The notes: generated by a model not told the origin, from the sequence alone. 64,000 nt of DNA from an uncultured Ruficoccus sp. (GCA_965140785.1 OZ223510.1:96001-160000); one strand, 5' to 3'. Counted from the first letter of the stretch, positions 1-10,725 are shown. Numbers and translations: made by a program.

Positions 1-1
1 G

Positions 2-1336
2 ATGCAGGCCCCGACAGACACCGACTACCGCTGGGACGGTAACGCCAGCTATGTCGGGGTTTATCAGGGCGGCGGCACTTCTAACAACAACGTGGAGCAT
101 TTTCTGGTCGATAATACCGGCACACATGCGTTTTGGGGATGGGGGCGTGATGGTGCGCGTGGGAGTGAGTATGTGACTTTGTTTGATGTGCCGCGCCGAC
201 CCCTGTTGTCCCTTGGGCAGTTGCAGCACGTGAATATCGGCAGCGGGATCGATCCTGCGTATGTCCTTGGGAATTCGTGGGCCAGTCCTTTTGTGGACTA
301 CGCCTCCGAAGACCTGACCTACCGGATCAATGAGGCCATGTGGGATACGTTTTATTTCAGTGGTTACGAGGCGGCGGCTCATCGGTGGCTGAACCCCCGG
401 ATCCGGCCGTTGGTGAAAGGGCTGGAAGACGACGACCCACGCCTGGCAGACGCCAAAGACATCTCGAGCCTTTTGGGGGTGGAGGGGATGTTTAATGTCA
501 ATTCCACCAGCGTCGATGCCTGGCGGGCGCAGCTGGCCGCATTGCGGGATCGGGCCGTTATTTATTTTAACGCGGCAAGCGGGAGTACGGCGATGTATGA
601 GTATCAGTCGGAGGATGTGAATGTGCCCATGCCGCGCACCCCGCTGCCATCAGGCGTAGCCTTTTCTCCGACCGATGCGGAGGATGCGACTCTGGGTGCG
701 ATGTGGAATGGCTTTCGTGATTTGACCGACGCTCAGATCGACGCGCTCGCGGGACAGGTCGTCTATCAGATTCAGAAGCGGGGGCCATTTCTGGCGCTGA
801 GCGATTTCGTAAATCGAGACATATCCAGTACAGAGGGTGGAACCTATAGTCCGCGCCAGATGGGAGCGCTCCAGGCGGCAATCGATACGACGGATTCGCA
901 TGCGATTGAAGGAGTGACCTATCTGCCCACCTCCATCAATACGGTACTGGGTGAAAGAATCACCTCCTCTCCGGCTAGAGAACAACAAGTCACCGGAACC
1001 GATCTCGACGGGTTGCCCAACTATGGAGCGGTCATTGATTTGTCCCGCAACCGAGCCGCTCCCGGTTACCTGACCCAGGCGGATATATTGACGCTGATGG
1101 GCAGCTATATCAATGTCCGCTCCGATACTTTTACTATTCGGGCTTACGGGGATGTTGAGAATGTGCTGAGCGGAGAGTTTGCCAGTGCGGTATGTGAGGC
1201 GGTGGTGCAGCGTATACCGACTCCCCTCGATCCTGACCCGGCAGATCCCACGGAGCCGCTGGCTGCCGGCGGGCGGGGTCTGGGGCGAAAGTTTGTTATC
1301 ATATCCGTGCGTTGGCTGACGAAAGATGAAGTTTAG
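2..1336 (+). CDS. Verru_Chthon cassette protein A-like (PilX-type) large protein, C-terminal part (5' end outside window)
   Basis: Motifs GMFNVNSTSVDAW, RGPFLALSDFVNR, PGYLTQADIL..RSDTFTIRAYG, GRKFVIISVRWL shared with the paralog at 54974-58474. Confidence 0.8.
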   Translation: MQAPTDTDYRWDGNASYVGVYQGGGTSNNNVEHFLVDNTGTHAFWGWGRDGARGSEYVTLFDVPRRPLLSLGQLQHVNIGSGIDPAYVLGNSWASPFVDYASEDLTYRINEAMWDTFYFSGYEAAAHRWLNPRIRPLVKGLEDDDPRLADAKDISSLLGVEGMFNVNSTSVDAWRAQLAALRDRAVIYFNAASGSTAMYEYQSEDVNVPMPRTPLPSGVAFSPTDAEDATLGAMWNGFRDLTDAQIDALAGQVVYQIQKRGPFLALSDFVNRDISSTEGGTYSPRQMGALQAAIDTTDSHAIEGVTYLPTSINTVLGERITSSPAREQQVTGTDLDGLPNYGAVIDLSRNRAAPGYLTQADILTLMGSYINVRSDTFTIRAYGDVENVLSGEFASAVCEAVVQRIPTPLDPDPADPTEPLAAGGRGLGRKFVIISVRWLTKDEV

Positions 1337-2021
1337 TATGGTGAGATTCTGTGCCACTTTTATAGCGTTGTCTTGGTTCGTTCTGAGTGGTTATGCCGCT
1401 GAGGACGTGAAGGCGGTGCGCTGTTCCTTATCGGCTATCACCAATAATAGCGCCATCCGGGATCTGCACTATTTGAACAATGGCAAGTGGGAGACACTCG
1501 ATGTCCCCGCCGCCCGAACCTCTCAGCCCTTTGACTATTCAGGGCCGCAGCAGATTAAGTTTTATTCGGAGCCGTACTCTGCGGATGAAGCACCTCCGCC
1601 TCCCTTGGGCAGTGTTCGGTTACAGGGGGCGGGAACTGAGCAGTTGCTGGTCTTTATCCCAAGGTCGAGCGATCCACACCGCTATGATATTGTCGCTATC
1701 AAAGACGATGCCGCGTCGTTCCCTCCGCGTCACTTGCTGTTTTTCAATTTTACTGGTGATCTCATTGCCGGAGCATTTGACAATGAGGTCGTTCAGGTCG
1801 ATCCGGGCAAATCTGCTCTGTTCGCCTACGATGAATCGAAGACTCGCGGGATGCGTATCCAACTGGCGATTCAGCAAAAGTCTAATAATGAGTGGAAACG
1901 GATATATGCTTCCGGGGTCCCCATTTTTCCGAATGTACGATGGTTGGTGCTGTGCGTGCCTGCTGAGCAGCGGCCTTGGCTGTTGATGGTGAAAGATCGG
2001 AAGAGGGCGGGGCAACCGTGA
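1326..2021 (+). CDS. Secreted partner protein of cassette protein A
   Basis: N-terminal signal-like stretch; overlaps stop of upstream gene; a similar gene follows the paralog at 58471. Confidence 0.7.
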   Translation: MKFSMVRFCATFIALSWFVLSGYAAEDVKAVRCSLSAITNNSAIRDLHYLNNGKWETLDVPAARTSQPFDYSGPQQIKFYSEPYSADEAPPPPLGSVRLQGAGTEQLLVFIPRSSDPHRYDIVAIKDDAASFPPRHLLFFNFTGDLIAGAFDNEVVQVDPGKSALFAYDESKTRGMRIQLAIQQKSNNEWKRIYASGVPIFPNVRWLVLCVPAEQRPWLLMVKDRKRAGQP

Positions 2022-2103
2022 GAGAGGCATTCGATATGCGATGACACCTGTCGATACAGGATCGGGTGACGTTGATATATCTTTATGGGGAGAGAGGTTG
2101 ATT

Positions 2104-3120
2104 ATGGAGATGAATATAAAACCGCCGAAAGCGGTGTACTTACTTGATCGTTTTGCATACGACTTAATTTACGGACCTGATGAGCGTCATGACATTGCAC
2201 GACTGACGCAGCTGGACGGCCCGGTTTTAACGGCAGAAACATGGTCTTCACACCCGGATATTTGTGAGCAAGCGGAGGTGATCTTTTCCGGATGGGGCAT
2301 GCCTGTGGTTGATGATGCATTCCTGCGCTCATTTCCCCAACTCAAGGCCGTTTTCTACGGTGCAGGTTCTATTCGAGGGTTCGCCACAGATAAATTTTGG
2401 ATGCGGGATATTGCAGTCACAAGTGCTTACAAGCCCAACGCGGTTCCGGTTTGTGAGTTCACTGTCGCACAAATCGTGCTTTCAACCAAGCGAGTGTGGG
2501 GGCTTTCGTCGCAAGTCCGTCGGTCTCGAACCTGCCCACACCCGAGCACCTTGGATCTCCCCGGCATGTATGGCTCTGTCGTCGGCTTGATCTCGCTGGG
2601 TACGATCGGGTGTATGGTGGCCGATCGGCTGCGTCAGTATGACATCAAGGTTATCGCCTATGATCCCGTGGTCGATCCAGCCCTGGCAACCGATCTTGAT
2701 GTTGAGTTATGTTCGTTGTCGGAGGTCTTTACTCGGGCTGATGTCGTCAGCTGTCATGCGCCGTATATAGAAGAGACTGAGGGCATGCTTTGCTATGAGC
2801 ATTTCATGTCGATGAAACATGGCGCTACTTTCATCAATACAGCACGTGGTGCCGTCGTCGATGAGACCGGCTTAATTGCCGCGATGCGTGAGCGGACTGA
2901 CCTGCATGCGCTTTTAGATGTTACATGGCCCGAGCCTCCTGTCCCGGAGTCTCCATTATACACGCTTCCGAACGTGTTGCTCACACCCCATGTCGCCGGT
3001 AGTGTGGGAAAGGAATGTCGCCGGATGGGACGGACGATGGTGAATGAACTCAAGCGCTACCTGAATGGGCAGCCACTGGAATTCGGTATCTCGCGAGATC
3101 GATTACTGACCATGGCATGA
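2104..3120 (+). CDS. D-isomer-specific 2-hydroxyacid dehydrogenase
   Basis: GLISLGTIG, INTARG, DVTWPEP, TPHVAG motifs; GGAGAGAGG upstream of ATG 2104. Confidence 0.9.
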   Translation: MEMNIKPPKAVYLLDRFAYDLIYGPDERHDIARLTQLDGPVLTAETWSSHPDICEQAEVIFSGWGMPVVDDAFLRSFPQLKAVFYGAGSIRGFATDKFWMRDIAVTSAYKPNAVPVCEFTVAQIVLSTKRVWGLSSQVRRSRTCPHPSTLDLPGMYGSVVGLISLGTIGCMVADRLRQYDIKVIAYDPVVDPALATDLDVELCSLSEVFTRADVVSCHAPYIEETEGMLCYEHFMSMKHGATFINTARGAVVDETGLIAAMRERTDLHALLDVTWPEPPVPESPLYTLPNVLLTPHVAGSVGKECRRMGRTMVNELKRYLNGQPLEFGISRDRLLTMA

Positions 3121-3499
3121 GCAGGCGTCCCGGGAGTAAGTCTGGCAACTTTTATGGGAACAATAGCCGAGACCAAAGGAACCTGCCACGTCCGTGGAAT
3201 CCGGCCCCCTTGGTTTGGGGCAGCTATTTTATGATTGGATAGATGGGGTGCGCGCGGGGTGTTTTACGTCTGTGTCGGATGCTTTGCGTTTAAGACCACG
3301 TCCTGATAAAAGTCCTGGAAGCCGACAAATACCCGACGAGCGGACGTTGGCATCGCCGATCACATGGCGGAAGTCTCAACTGATATTGATACGTTGGACA
3401 ATGAAACCTTAGGGAGTGGCCTATCGCCCTCACTCGACACAGGCGCGTGACTTATGGACCCATACTTTGAATGGGGGCGTATATCACAGAGCCGTCAGA

Positions 3500-4504
3500 T
3501 TAGGCCATGATGCTGTAGATCTGTTCAGTCACTTCATGTTCCAGGGGCAGTCCCGCCAGATAACGTTCCAGTTCGTCAGCCATATACTCCCCCATACGAT
3601 AGCATTCCCCGTTAATACTGCCGGCGATGTGCGGCGTAATGAACACATTGGGCAGCTTCCAGAGCGGGTGGTCCTCGTGGCAGGGTTCCGGGTAGGTGAC
3701 ATCGAGAACCGCGTCCAGGTCGGTCCGGTGACTCAGCGTTTCGACTAAAGCTGGTTCGTCGATCAGGCTGCCGCGGGCCGTGTTGACAAGGGTGGCGTGC
3801 GGTTTCATCGAGTTGAGCAATTCATGGCTTATCATGGCCTTGGTTTCGGGCAGGCTCGGCGCATGCAGACTGACAACATCCGATTTCTCGAACAATTCCT
3901 CCAGTGATACGAGACGTACCCCCAGAGATAACGCATCTGCCGGTGTCGCATACGGGTCGTAGGCGAGCACATTGAGGGTGTGCCCCTCGGTCAAGGCATG
4001 GGCAACCCGTCGGCCAATCGTTCCCAGCGAAACAATCCCAACGGTGGAGCGGAAAATGCCCGCCGCCTCCGGCGGTTTGAGCCACTTATGGTTCAGTTTT
4101 GTGCGCTGCTGCGTGCGCCAGAATTTCTTCAAGCTCAGAATAATGATGGCGTGGGCGAATTCAGCGGTTGGAATCGCATTGGCCCGCCAGGCGGACGAAA
4201 CACCGATACCGCGCAGTCGGGCCTCCGGCGTATAGAATTGGCGGATGGAGCCCGCCCCGTAGAAGACATGCTTGAGCTGTGGCGTGGCTTTCAGGAATCC
4301 CTCATCCATGACCGGCATGCCCCAGCCCGACAGGATGTACTGGACGCAACTAAGCTCTGCGGCATGCTCGCGCCAGGTGCCAGCCGTTAGCTGGAGGGGC
4401 AGGGGACGGGTCAATTCGCGAACTCGATGCTGAGTTCGCTCGGAATAGATTTTTCCAAAGGACCGGTGATCCAATAAATAGGCACTGGGTGGAAGGTGTG
4501 TCAT
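3500..4504 (-). CDS. D-isomer-specific 2-hydroxyacid dehydrogenase (paralog)
   Basis: GIVSLGTIG, VNTARG, DVTYPEP, TPHIAG motifs; start could be 4522. Confidence 0.9.
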   Translation of the reverse strand: MTHLPPSAYLLDHRSFGKIYSERTQHRVRELTRPLPLQLTAGTWREHAAELSCVQYILSGWGMPVMDEGFLKATPQLKHVFYGAGSIRQFYTPEARLRGIGVSSAWRANAIPTAEFAHAIIILSLKKFWRTQQRTKLNHKWLKPPEAAGIFRSTVGIVSLGTIGRRVAHALTEGHTLNVLAYDPYATPADALSLGVRLVSLEELFEKSDVVSLHAPSLPETKAMISHELLNSMKPHATLVNTARGSLIDEPALVETLSHRTDLDAVLDVTYPEPCHEDHPLWKLPNVFITPHIAGSINGECYRMGEYMADELERYLAGLPLEHEVTEQIYSIMA

Positions 4505-4553
4505 GGGATGTGCCTCCGGCATTTTTCCGCTAATGGCTTTCGGTTAAGTGAGT

Positions 4554-5273
4554 CTACTCTTCGATCAAATCCCACAGTTCATGGTTGCCGACGACCTCAT
4601 CGCGCGTCATCGCGGTAGCGCTGCCGTCATAATGGACAACGGCCGCTCGACCATTGTAGCGGTAGGCGGTGGCATGCTTGGTATAGACCTCTTCGCCGCG
4701 GTAGAGATCGGCACTGTCCCTGTCGATGATCCAGTCCAGAGCGTCAGCAAAAGCCAGCTTTTCGTCGGGGGCGATGATGTCCGCGGCGTACATCTGTAAG
4801 CCTTGACCAGCCTCGCCCCAGCGGCCTCGCATGTTTGTGCTATTGTAGCCGTAAGCACGGTCGATCCGAAGGTCGCCGTCTTTCGAGTGTGTAATCTCCG
4901 CTCCGGGTGCGACAAGTCCTTCGGGCCAGATTCTGCCGGGTTTTAGCGAGAAGTAGGCTCGAAATTCCGGATCGCTATGCCAGAAGACCGCTTCACCTTC
5001 TTCCGACCAACTGGCCAGCGGCACATACCCGCCGCTGTGCTCATTGCTGTACAGGGTGTTGGCTATTTGCAGAGAGCGCAGATTGCTGACACTCTTGCTC
5101 AACGAGGCATCGGCGCGCATATTTTGAACCGTCGGTATGATAATCGCCGTCAGGATGGCGACGACCACGATGACGGACAGTAGCTCGATCAGTGAAAAGC
5201 CGGCACGAGTGAACGTGCGTTGCGCCGATCGGCCTTTTCTCGGGATGGCTTGCTGGCAGTGTTGATTCATCAT
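4554..5273 (-). CDS. Prepilin-type N-terminal cleavage/methylation protein (H-X9-DG-like pseudopilin)
   Basis: AGFSLIELLSVIVVVAIL; SNLRSL; C-terminal AYRYNGRAAVVHYDG. Confidence 0.88.
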   Translation of the reverse strand: MMNQHCQQAIPRKGRSAQRTFTRAGFSLIELLSVIVVVAILTAIIIPTVQNMRADASLSKSVSNLRSLQIANTLYSNEHSGGYVPLASWSEEGEAVFWHSDPEFRAYFSLKPGRIWPEGLVAPGAEITHSKDGDLRIDRAYGYNSTNMRGRWGEAGQGLQMYAADIIAPDEKLAFADALDWIIDRDSADLYRGEEVYTKHATAYRYNGRAAVVHYDGSATAMTRDEVVGNHELWDLIEE

Positions 5274-5394
5274 TCAGGGAGAGGGTGACAGGGCCGTGTC
5301 AGCCTGCATGATTCGACAATGGATGAGCGCCCATGTGAAATGGGCTCCTGTAGAGCAAAGGCTGGATTGAGTTCAGTATCTGTTGGCTGGTCCG

Positions 5395-6315
5395 CTAACG
5401 CCGGGAGCCTCTTTTCAGCGCTTGGCGAAAACCGACCACGATCAGAATGGGCAACAGCAGCATTCCGTAGTCGGGCTCGGGGATACCGCTGGCGGAAAAT
5501 TCCGAGACCCCGATGGATACGACGGAACTATTGGGGTTGGAGGTGCCGGTAAAAGAATCGTCCCCGAAGTAGACACCGACGGAAGTGATGTCGCTGAGCG
5601 CCACGCTTTCAAAACTGGCGGAGCCGGCGTCGAATAGCAGCGAGGTGGTCGGGTCGTAAACGGCCCACAGCGTTGAGGTGAGTTCACTTTCGTTGATCGA
5701 GACGGTGACCGATGACCCTCCAGGGCTGTCGATGGTGGCCTGAGAGAGGTAATAGGTATTGTCAATCTGGATCAACCAGCGTCCCGTGGGTGAAAATTCA
5801 TCCGTGGGCGAGCCGGAGGTGTTCTGATAAAAGGTGGTGGACATTCCATTCAGCTTGATCGATCCGGCACTGTAGGGAGCGTTGAAGTCCGCCTGCTTGA
5901 ACACGTAGACCATGGCAAAGGAAAAGGTGCCTTCGCCCCAGCCATCGGTGCGGAAGGTTTGCAGGAATAGCGTGTCATTGCCATCCATTTGAGAGTAGTT
6001 GTTGCGGATCTTCTGGTTGTTAAAGCCAGACTGAATCTCCGTGCTGTCAAAGCGATAGCCGCCGTAAAAAGTGGGGCCGGAGTAGCCGCTGGAAGGACTC
6101 AGCGCGGCCGTATCGCTGAAGGCCGTTTCATCAGTATAAGGGCCGCTTCCCGATTCGGTTGCCGTGCGGGCGTAGTTGACGTCTCCGCTCACATAAGAGT
6201 CGGAGGGCCCGAAATCGACGAGGACGGCGCCCTGACTGTAGGCGCCCAGACCGGCGAAGGTTCCGATCAGAGCGGTGCGCAGGAGGTGGTTGAGGATGGG
6301 ACGATATTTTGTCAT
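5395..6315 (-). CDS. PEP-CTERM sorting-domain surface protein
   Basis: Signal peptide, Ser/Thr/Gly-rich body, C-terminal IPEP + hydrophobic helix + basic tail. Confidence 0.85.
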   Translation of the reverse strand: MTKYRPILNHLLRTALIGTFAGLGAYSQGAVLVDFGPSDSYVSGDVNYARTATESGSGPYTDETAFSDTAALSPSSGYSGPTFYGGYRFDSTEIQSGFNNQKIRNNYSQMDGNDTLFLQTFRTDGWGEGTFSFAMVYVFKQADFNAPYSAGSIKLNGMSTTFYQNTSGSPTDEFSPTGRWLIQIDNTYYLSQATIDSPGGSSVTVSINESELTSTLWAVYDPTTSLLFDAGSASFESVALSDITSVGVYFGDDSFTGTSNPNSSVVSIGVSEFSASGIPEPDYGMLLLPILIVVGFRQALKRGSRR

Positions 6316-6417
6316 GGGATGGGAGGGGTTGGTGTGATTCGGTGGTTTTGAGGGTGAAGGTTCTGTTGCGCGAGGAGGATGGTTTCTTGCGTAGAATGGT
6401 TGTGTCGATGTCCGGGG

Positions 6418-7740
6418 CTAGTCGGAGTTATCTGTCCCAGGTTCGAGAGGGGCGTAAACGAGACGAAGGTAAGTATCCTTTTCCTTGGGGGCGGGGGCTT
6501 CCTGCTCCCATCGGATGCATCGGGGATCATCAAAGCGCTTGGCCGCGCGCCGGAAAACCGTCCATAAATCCCGGGCATCATGATCGCGCATCTCCGAGTA
6601 TGGCCATTCTTCCGGATGATCCATGTAATAGCCCAGGTAGACAACGGCCTGGTGGACACGCGTTTGCTGCTCTGGAAATTCCAGGTCGATTTTATCACAA
6701 ACAGCCAGCACATCGAGGAAGGCTTGCAGGCAAAAGCATGAGTAGTGGAGCGGTCGTGTACGGGCCAGTTCCTGCGGAAGGCGCCCGTCTGGGGCGATCT
6801 GTTCTGTCAGCGCAGGTACCTTCTGAGTGTAGATCTGCCGCATCTCTTCCACGCGCCCGGCATAAACGGCGTAGGCACCGATCTGCGCATAATACCAGAC
6901 GCTGTGGTTGTTCGCTTGCGTGGACTCTTCGTCGGCATAGTCACTGGTCAAAAACCAGTCCAGCAGCTCATCCACCCATTGCCGGAAGGCGGCCTCATCC
7001 TGCGAGGTCCAGGAGCCGGACCCCTGGAGCAGTGTCACGGCATCCAGCATGGTGGGTAGCGACCATGTATCGATCATACCGATGTGTCGCCCATCACATT
7101 CGCCGGGGATGGCTTGCGCATAGCGAAGGTGGGGATTCATCCGGGTGGACTCATCCAGGAAAAAGGCACGCAGCCAAAGGGTGGCATGCCGGGCATAGCG
7201 TTCATCCTGAGTCAGGTAGTAGGCGAGCCCCAGGCGGCGTACTGCGTTCATGACGTTGCCGAGGCTGTTCATGTCTTGCACGTTATCCTTGTTCCACTCC
7301 CCGTCCCGGCGGATGTACGGCAGCCCGTCTTCGCTATCGGGGTTCGGCCACCAGTAGGGCCCGAGGCTATAGTAGTCGTGAGGATTATCGCTGGCAGGCA
7401 GGATCGTTTTGCTAACGACTGTTTGCGGTTGGCGGTTGAGGTCGGCATCAGCGTAACGCAAAAGCACTTCCATCTCCGAAGTTAGTCCGGCCGGGTTCGC
7501 CTGATACTCGGCTTGCATCTGCCGTATCCATGGTCCCTGCCAAATGAGCGTATCAGCAGAGGTCTGGGTGGCCATTGGGGGCACGACGAGCTGTTCCGAC
7601 TGTATCGGAGCAGGCTTCTCGCTGGATGGTTGACATCCAGTTATAAACAGCATCGAGCTTGCCAGAAGGAGGATGCAAACAAGAGGGGAAGGCATGCGAA
7701 CGACTATGCGCTGGGCATAACCCGTTGGCAAGTCGGTCAT
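6418..7740 (-). CDS. Alginate lyase family protein (PL5-like), probable lipoprotein
   Basis: HDYYSLGPYWWPNP..GLPYIRRDG, TRMNPHLRYAQ, NNH, ELARTRPLHY motifs; lipobox-like ITGC. Confidence 0.88.
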   Translation of the reverse strand: MTDLPTGYAQRIVVRMPSPLVCILLLASSMLFITGCQPSSEKPAPIQSEQLVVPPMATQTSADTLIWQGPWIRQMQAEYQANPAGLTSEMEVLLRYADADLNRQPQTVVSKTILPASDNPHDYYSLGPYWWPNPDSEDGLPYIRRDGEWNKDNVQDMNSLGNVMNAVRRLGLAYYLTQDERYARHATLWLRAFFLDESTRMNPHLRYAQAIPGECDGRHIGMIDTWSLPTMLDAVTLLQGSGSWTSQDEAAFRQWVDELLDWFLTSDYADEESTQANNHSVWYYAQIGAYAVYAGRVEEMRQIYTQKVPALTEQIAPDGRLPQELARTRPLHYSCFCLQAFLDVLAVCDKIDLEFPEQQTRVHQAVVYLGYYMDHPEEWPYSEMRDHDARDLWTVFRRAAKRFDDPRCIRWEQEAPAPKEKDTYLRLVYAPLEPGTDNSD

Positions 7741-7911
7741 GTCTGATACAGTTCAGCCAGGCGGTTTTAAAAACCAATTTTGGGGACTCGCGCCATAATG
7801 TGTAGGCAGAGCCTCGTGTCCCGAGTTTGAAGTTCGCGGCATATTGATTGCGGGCTTACGCAGCCCGCGCCAATCGCAGACCCAAAGCATCAAAACTGGA
7901 CCACCCACGGC

Positions 7912-8973
7912 CTAGCTTTCACGCAGGGATTTTCCTTCGATCCAGGTCCCTTCCACCAGAACATGCGTGGTGATGTCCGGGACGCCCATCTCCTGGATAT
8001 TCAACTTCTCAATCAGCAACTCGATGGCGCGTGCGCCGGTCGCATGAGCATTTTGATCCATACCGGTGAGTTGGGGCTGATCTCTCCACGCATCCAGAAC
8101 GGCGTAGCCCACATCACCGGGGATAGTTATGCCAGCTCCTGTGAGGTAATCGTAGATATACGTGCCTTGGGTCAGAATGGCGTCTGGCTTTACGCGGTGG
8201 TACCAATCCAGGATCGTTTTTTTCTTATATTCTTTCGGCAAAAAGAGAGGGATGCATTCCGCCTGCGGCAAATCTGACTGAAACGAACGAACGCCGGCGC
8301 TCCAGCCCCGGTACGTGCGCAGATCCGTTTCGGCATTAATGACAAAGGCAATACGCCGGTAACCGAGTGCATGTAGCTTTTCCATGGCTACCCGTGCCGA
8401 CTGGAAGTGTTGATGCGAGACGAGATGCAGCTTCGGATTTTGCAGCGTGTAGCCAAACGTGACGACGTAGAAACGCGAAAAATCAAATTCCAGGGTGTTG
8501 TTATAACCGGGTAGAGGTGGCACGAGAATGCCCTGGATTTTCCGGGCGTGGAGAATTCTTTTGAGCGAGTTGGCATTGCCGGCTTCCAGGTTGAGGATAT
8601 GCTCCTCAATACGGTATCCCAATTCACTCGCTCGCTCGCAGGCTCCATCATGGTAGGCCGTGTAAATACGTGAATCTCGCCAACTCCAAGAGGTAGGGAC
8701 GACCGAAAGCCAGGCAACGGTAGCTGTGTAGTGGGGAGGGCTGAGCTTCTTGCGGTAGGCAGCCAATCCGCTGAGGTAAGGGTCCGGTGTGTATCCTGTT
8801 TGTTTGGCCAAATGCAGGACTCGCTCAATTGTTTTCTGCGGGATGTCGGGGTGACGCCGCAATGCCATCGAAACCGTGGACTGAGCCAGACCAAGCTGCA
8901 CGGCGAGGTCTTTTTGCGTCGTCCGTTTCTCCTGTGTTTTAGGTTTGGGGCTGGTCGGCATAGCGTGGACCAC
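7912..8973 (-). CDS. LacI-family transcriptional regulator
   Basis: TQKDLAVQLGLAQSTVSMALR HTH; GYRRIA; C-terminal GTWIEGKSL. Confidence 0.9.
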   Translation of the reverse strand: MVHAMPTSPKPKTQEKRTTQKDLAVQLGLAQSTVSMALRRHPDIPQKTIERVLHLAKQTGYTPDPYLSGLAAYRKKLSPPHYTATVAWLSVVPTSWSWRDSRIYTAYHDGACERASELGYRIEEHILNLEAGNANSLKRILHARKIQGILVPPLPGYNNTLEFDFSRFYVVTFGYTLQNPKLHLVSHQHFQSARVAMEKLHALGYRRIAFVINAETDLRTYRGWSAGVRSFQSDLPQAECIPLFLPKEYKKKTILDWYHRVKPDAILTQGTYIYDYLTGAGITIPGDVGYAVLDAWRDQPQLTGMDQNAHATGARAIELLIEKLNIQEMGVPDITTHVLVEGTWIEGKSLRES

Positions 8974-9387
8974 GGGTTAATCTATTACCACGAATGCGGC
9001 ATGCGCTTAGCTTGGGGCTGGGTATATCTGGTCTGCGGAATAGCCGTATGGCAAGTCAAAGCTTCTTCGGAACCTTGTGCACATAAACAGAAATGGAAGC
9101 TGCTATCACGGCTAACCGGCTCGTGTGCCGCTCTCCGGCGGCCATTGCCTGCCGTGCAGAAAGAGGCCAGATTCATCTTTTGCGCTATGCCTGGCGATGA
9201 CGGCGCTGATTCCTGCTGAACCAGCCGCGCAAGGGTCCGACTAAGATCGATTCGAGATCCTGGGTGTGATCATCGTCGATGGGGTGGGGATGGAGGCGCT
9301 TTTTCTGTTCTGAGGGGAGACGATCTTTGGGCGGGGTGTGGTTTTCCCTTTCCGCGGGGGCGAAAATCCGTCTAAATCACCCGCTTC

Positions 9388-10725
9388 GTGGAACAGAAAA
9401 AACAGAGCAAACGGGTTATCCGCATCGGGCTGCTGGGCTTCGGTACGGTCGGGCAGGGCGTGTGGAAGCACCTACGGGCGGACGCGTCTGAGCTGGAGCG
9501 TCGGCTGGGCGTGAAGCTGGAGCTGGTGCGAGCAGCGGTCTCGGACCTGAAGAAGGAACGCGCGGTACGCATCCCGGCCAGCAAACTGACCGACGATCCC
9601 TACGCGGTGGTGGACGACCCGAAGATCGACATCGTCTGCGAGCTGATCGGCGGCACAAAGCTGGCGCGTACCCTGACCCTGCGTGCGCTCAAGGCGGGTA
9701 AGATCGTCGTCTCGGCCAACAAGGCGCTCATCTGCAAGCACGGCAAGGAGATCTTCCCCTTCGCCCTGCGCAACGGCACCTATTACTTTTTCGAGGCCAG
9801 TGTGGCCGGCGGCATTCCCATCATCAAGACCCTGCGTGAGGGGCTGGTGGCGAACCGCTTCCCGCTCATTTTTGGTATCCTCAACGGCACTTCCAACTAC
9901 ATCCTGACCCGGATGGAGCGCGAGGGGTTGAGCTTCGGTGAGATCGTGGGCGATGCCCGCGCACTGGGCTATGTCGAGGCGGACGAGTCGCTCGACCTCG
10001 ATGGTTGGGACGCCGCGCACAAGGCCGTCATTCTGGCCTATCTGGCGCATGGCCGCTGGGTCAAACTGAACGAAATGCTCGTCGAGGGCATTCGCGGAAT
10101 CACCCAGTACGACATCGCCTACGCCCGCGAGCTGGGCTACAAGATCAAGCTCCTGGCCGTGATCACGCGGGACTTTAGCGCCAACTGCCTGAGCGTGCGC
10201 CTGCACCCGGCCCTGATCTCGCGCCGCGAGATGATGGCCAATGTGGACGAGGTGTACAACGGCGTTAGCCTGACCGGCGACGTCGTCGGCACCACGCTGC
10301 TGGTGGGCCGCGGGGCAGGGCAGGACGCCACTTCCAGCGCCGTTATCAGCGATATCGCCGACGCCGTTTACGCGCTTCAGGGCTGGCCCGCGCCGCGCAT
10401 CAGCGAGGAGGACGAAGACATGTACGCCGAGCTGGGCGAGGGCGTACAGCTCGCCACCCCCGAGTGTATCCGCTCGGCCTACTACCTGCGCCTGCGGGTC
10501 AAGGACCAGCCGGGCGTTCTGGCGCGGGTGACGGATATTATTTCCCGCGAGGGCGTCTCTATCGCCACCATGGCCCAGCATCAGGAGCCAGAAACCGGCA
10601 CGGCGAGCCTCTTGTTCACCACCCACGAATCCAACGAAAAGGTCATAGCCGCGACGATGAAGCGCCTCAAGCGACTCAGCGCGGTGATCGATACGCCGTT
10701 TTTGCTGCGGATTTTCCAGCCGTAG
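9388..10725 (+). CDS. hom: Homoserine dehydrogenase with ACT domain
   Basis: GLLGFGTVG, VSANKALI, FEASVAGGIP, GILNGTSNYIL, GRGAG, DQPGVLA. Confidence 0.97.
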   Translation: MEQKKQSKRVIRIGLLGFGTVGQGVWKHLRADASELERRLGVKLELVRAAVSDLKKERAVRIPASKLTDDPYAVVDDPKIDIVCELIGGTKLARTLTLRALKAGKIVVSANKALICKHGKEIFPFALRNGTYYFFEASVAGGIPIIKTLREGLVANRFPLIFGILNGTSNYILTRMEREGLSFGEIVGDARALGYVEADESLDLDGWDAAHKAVILAYLAHGRWVKLNEMLVEGIRGITQYDIAYARELGYKIKLLAVITRDFSANCLSVRLHPALISRREMMANVDEVYNGVSLTGDVVGTTLLVGRGAGQDATSSAVISDIADAVYALQGWPAPRISEEDEDMYAELGEGVQLATPECIRSAYYLRLRVKDQPGVLARVTDIISREGVSIATMAQHQEPETGTASLLFTTHESNEKVIAATMKRLKRLSAVIDTPFLLRIFQP

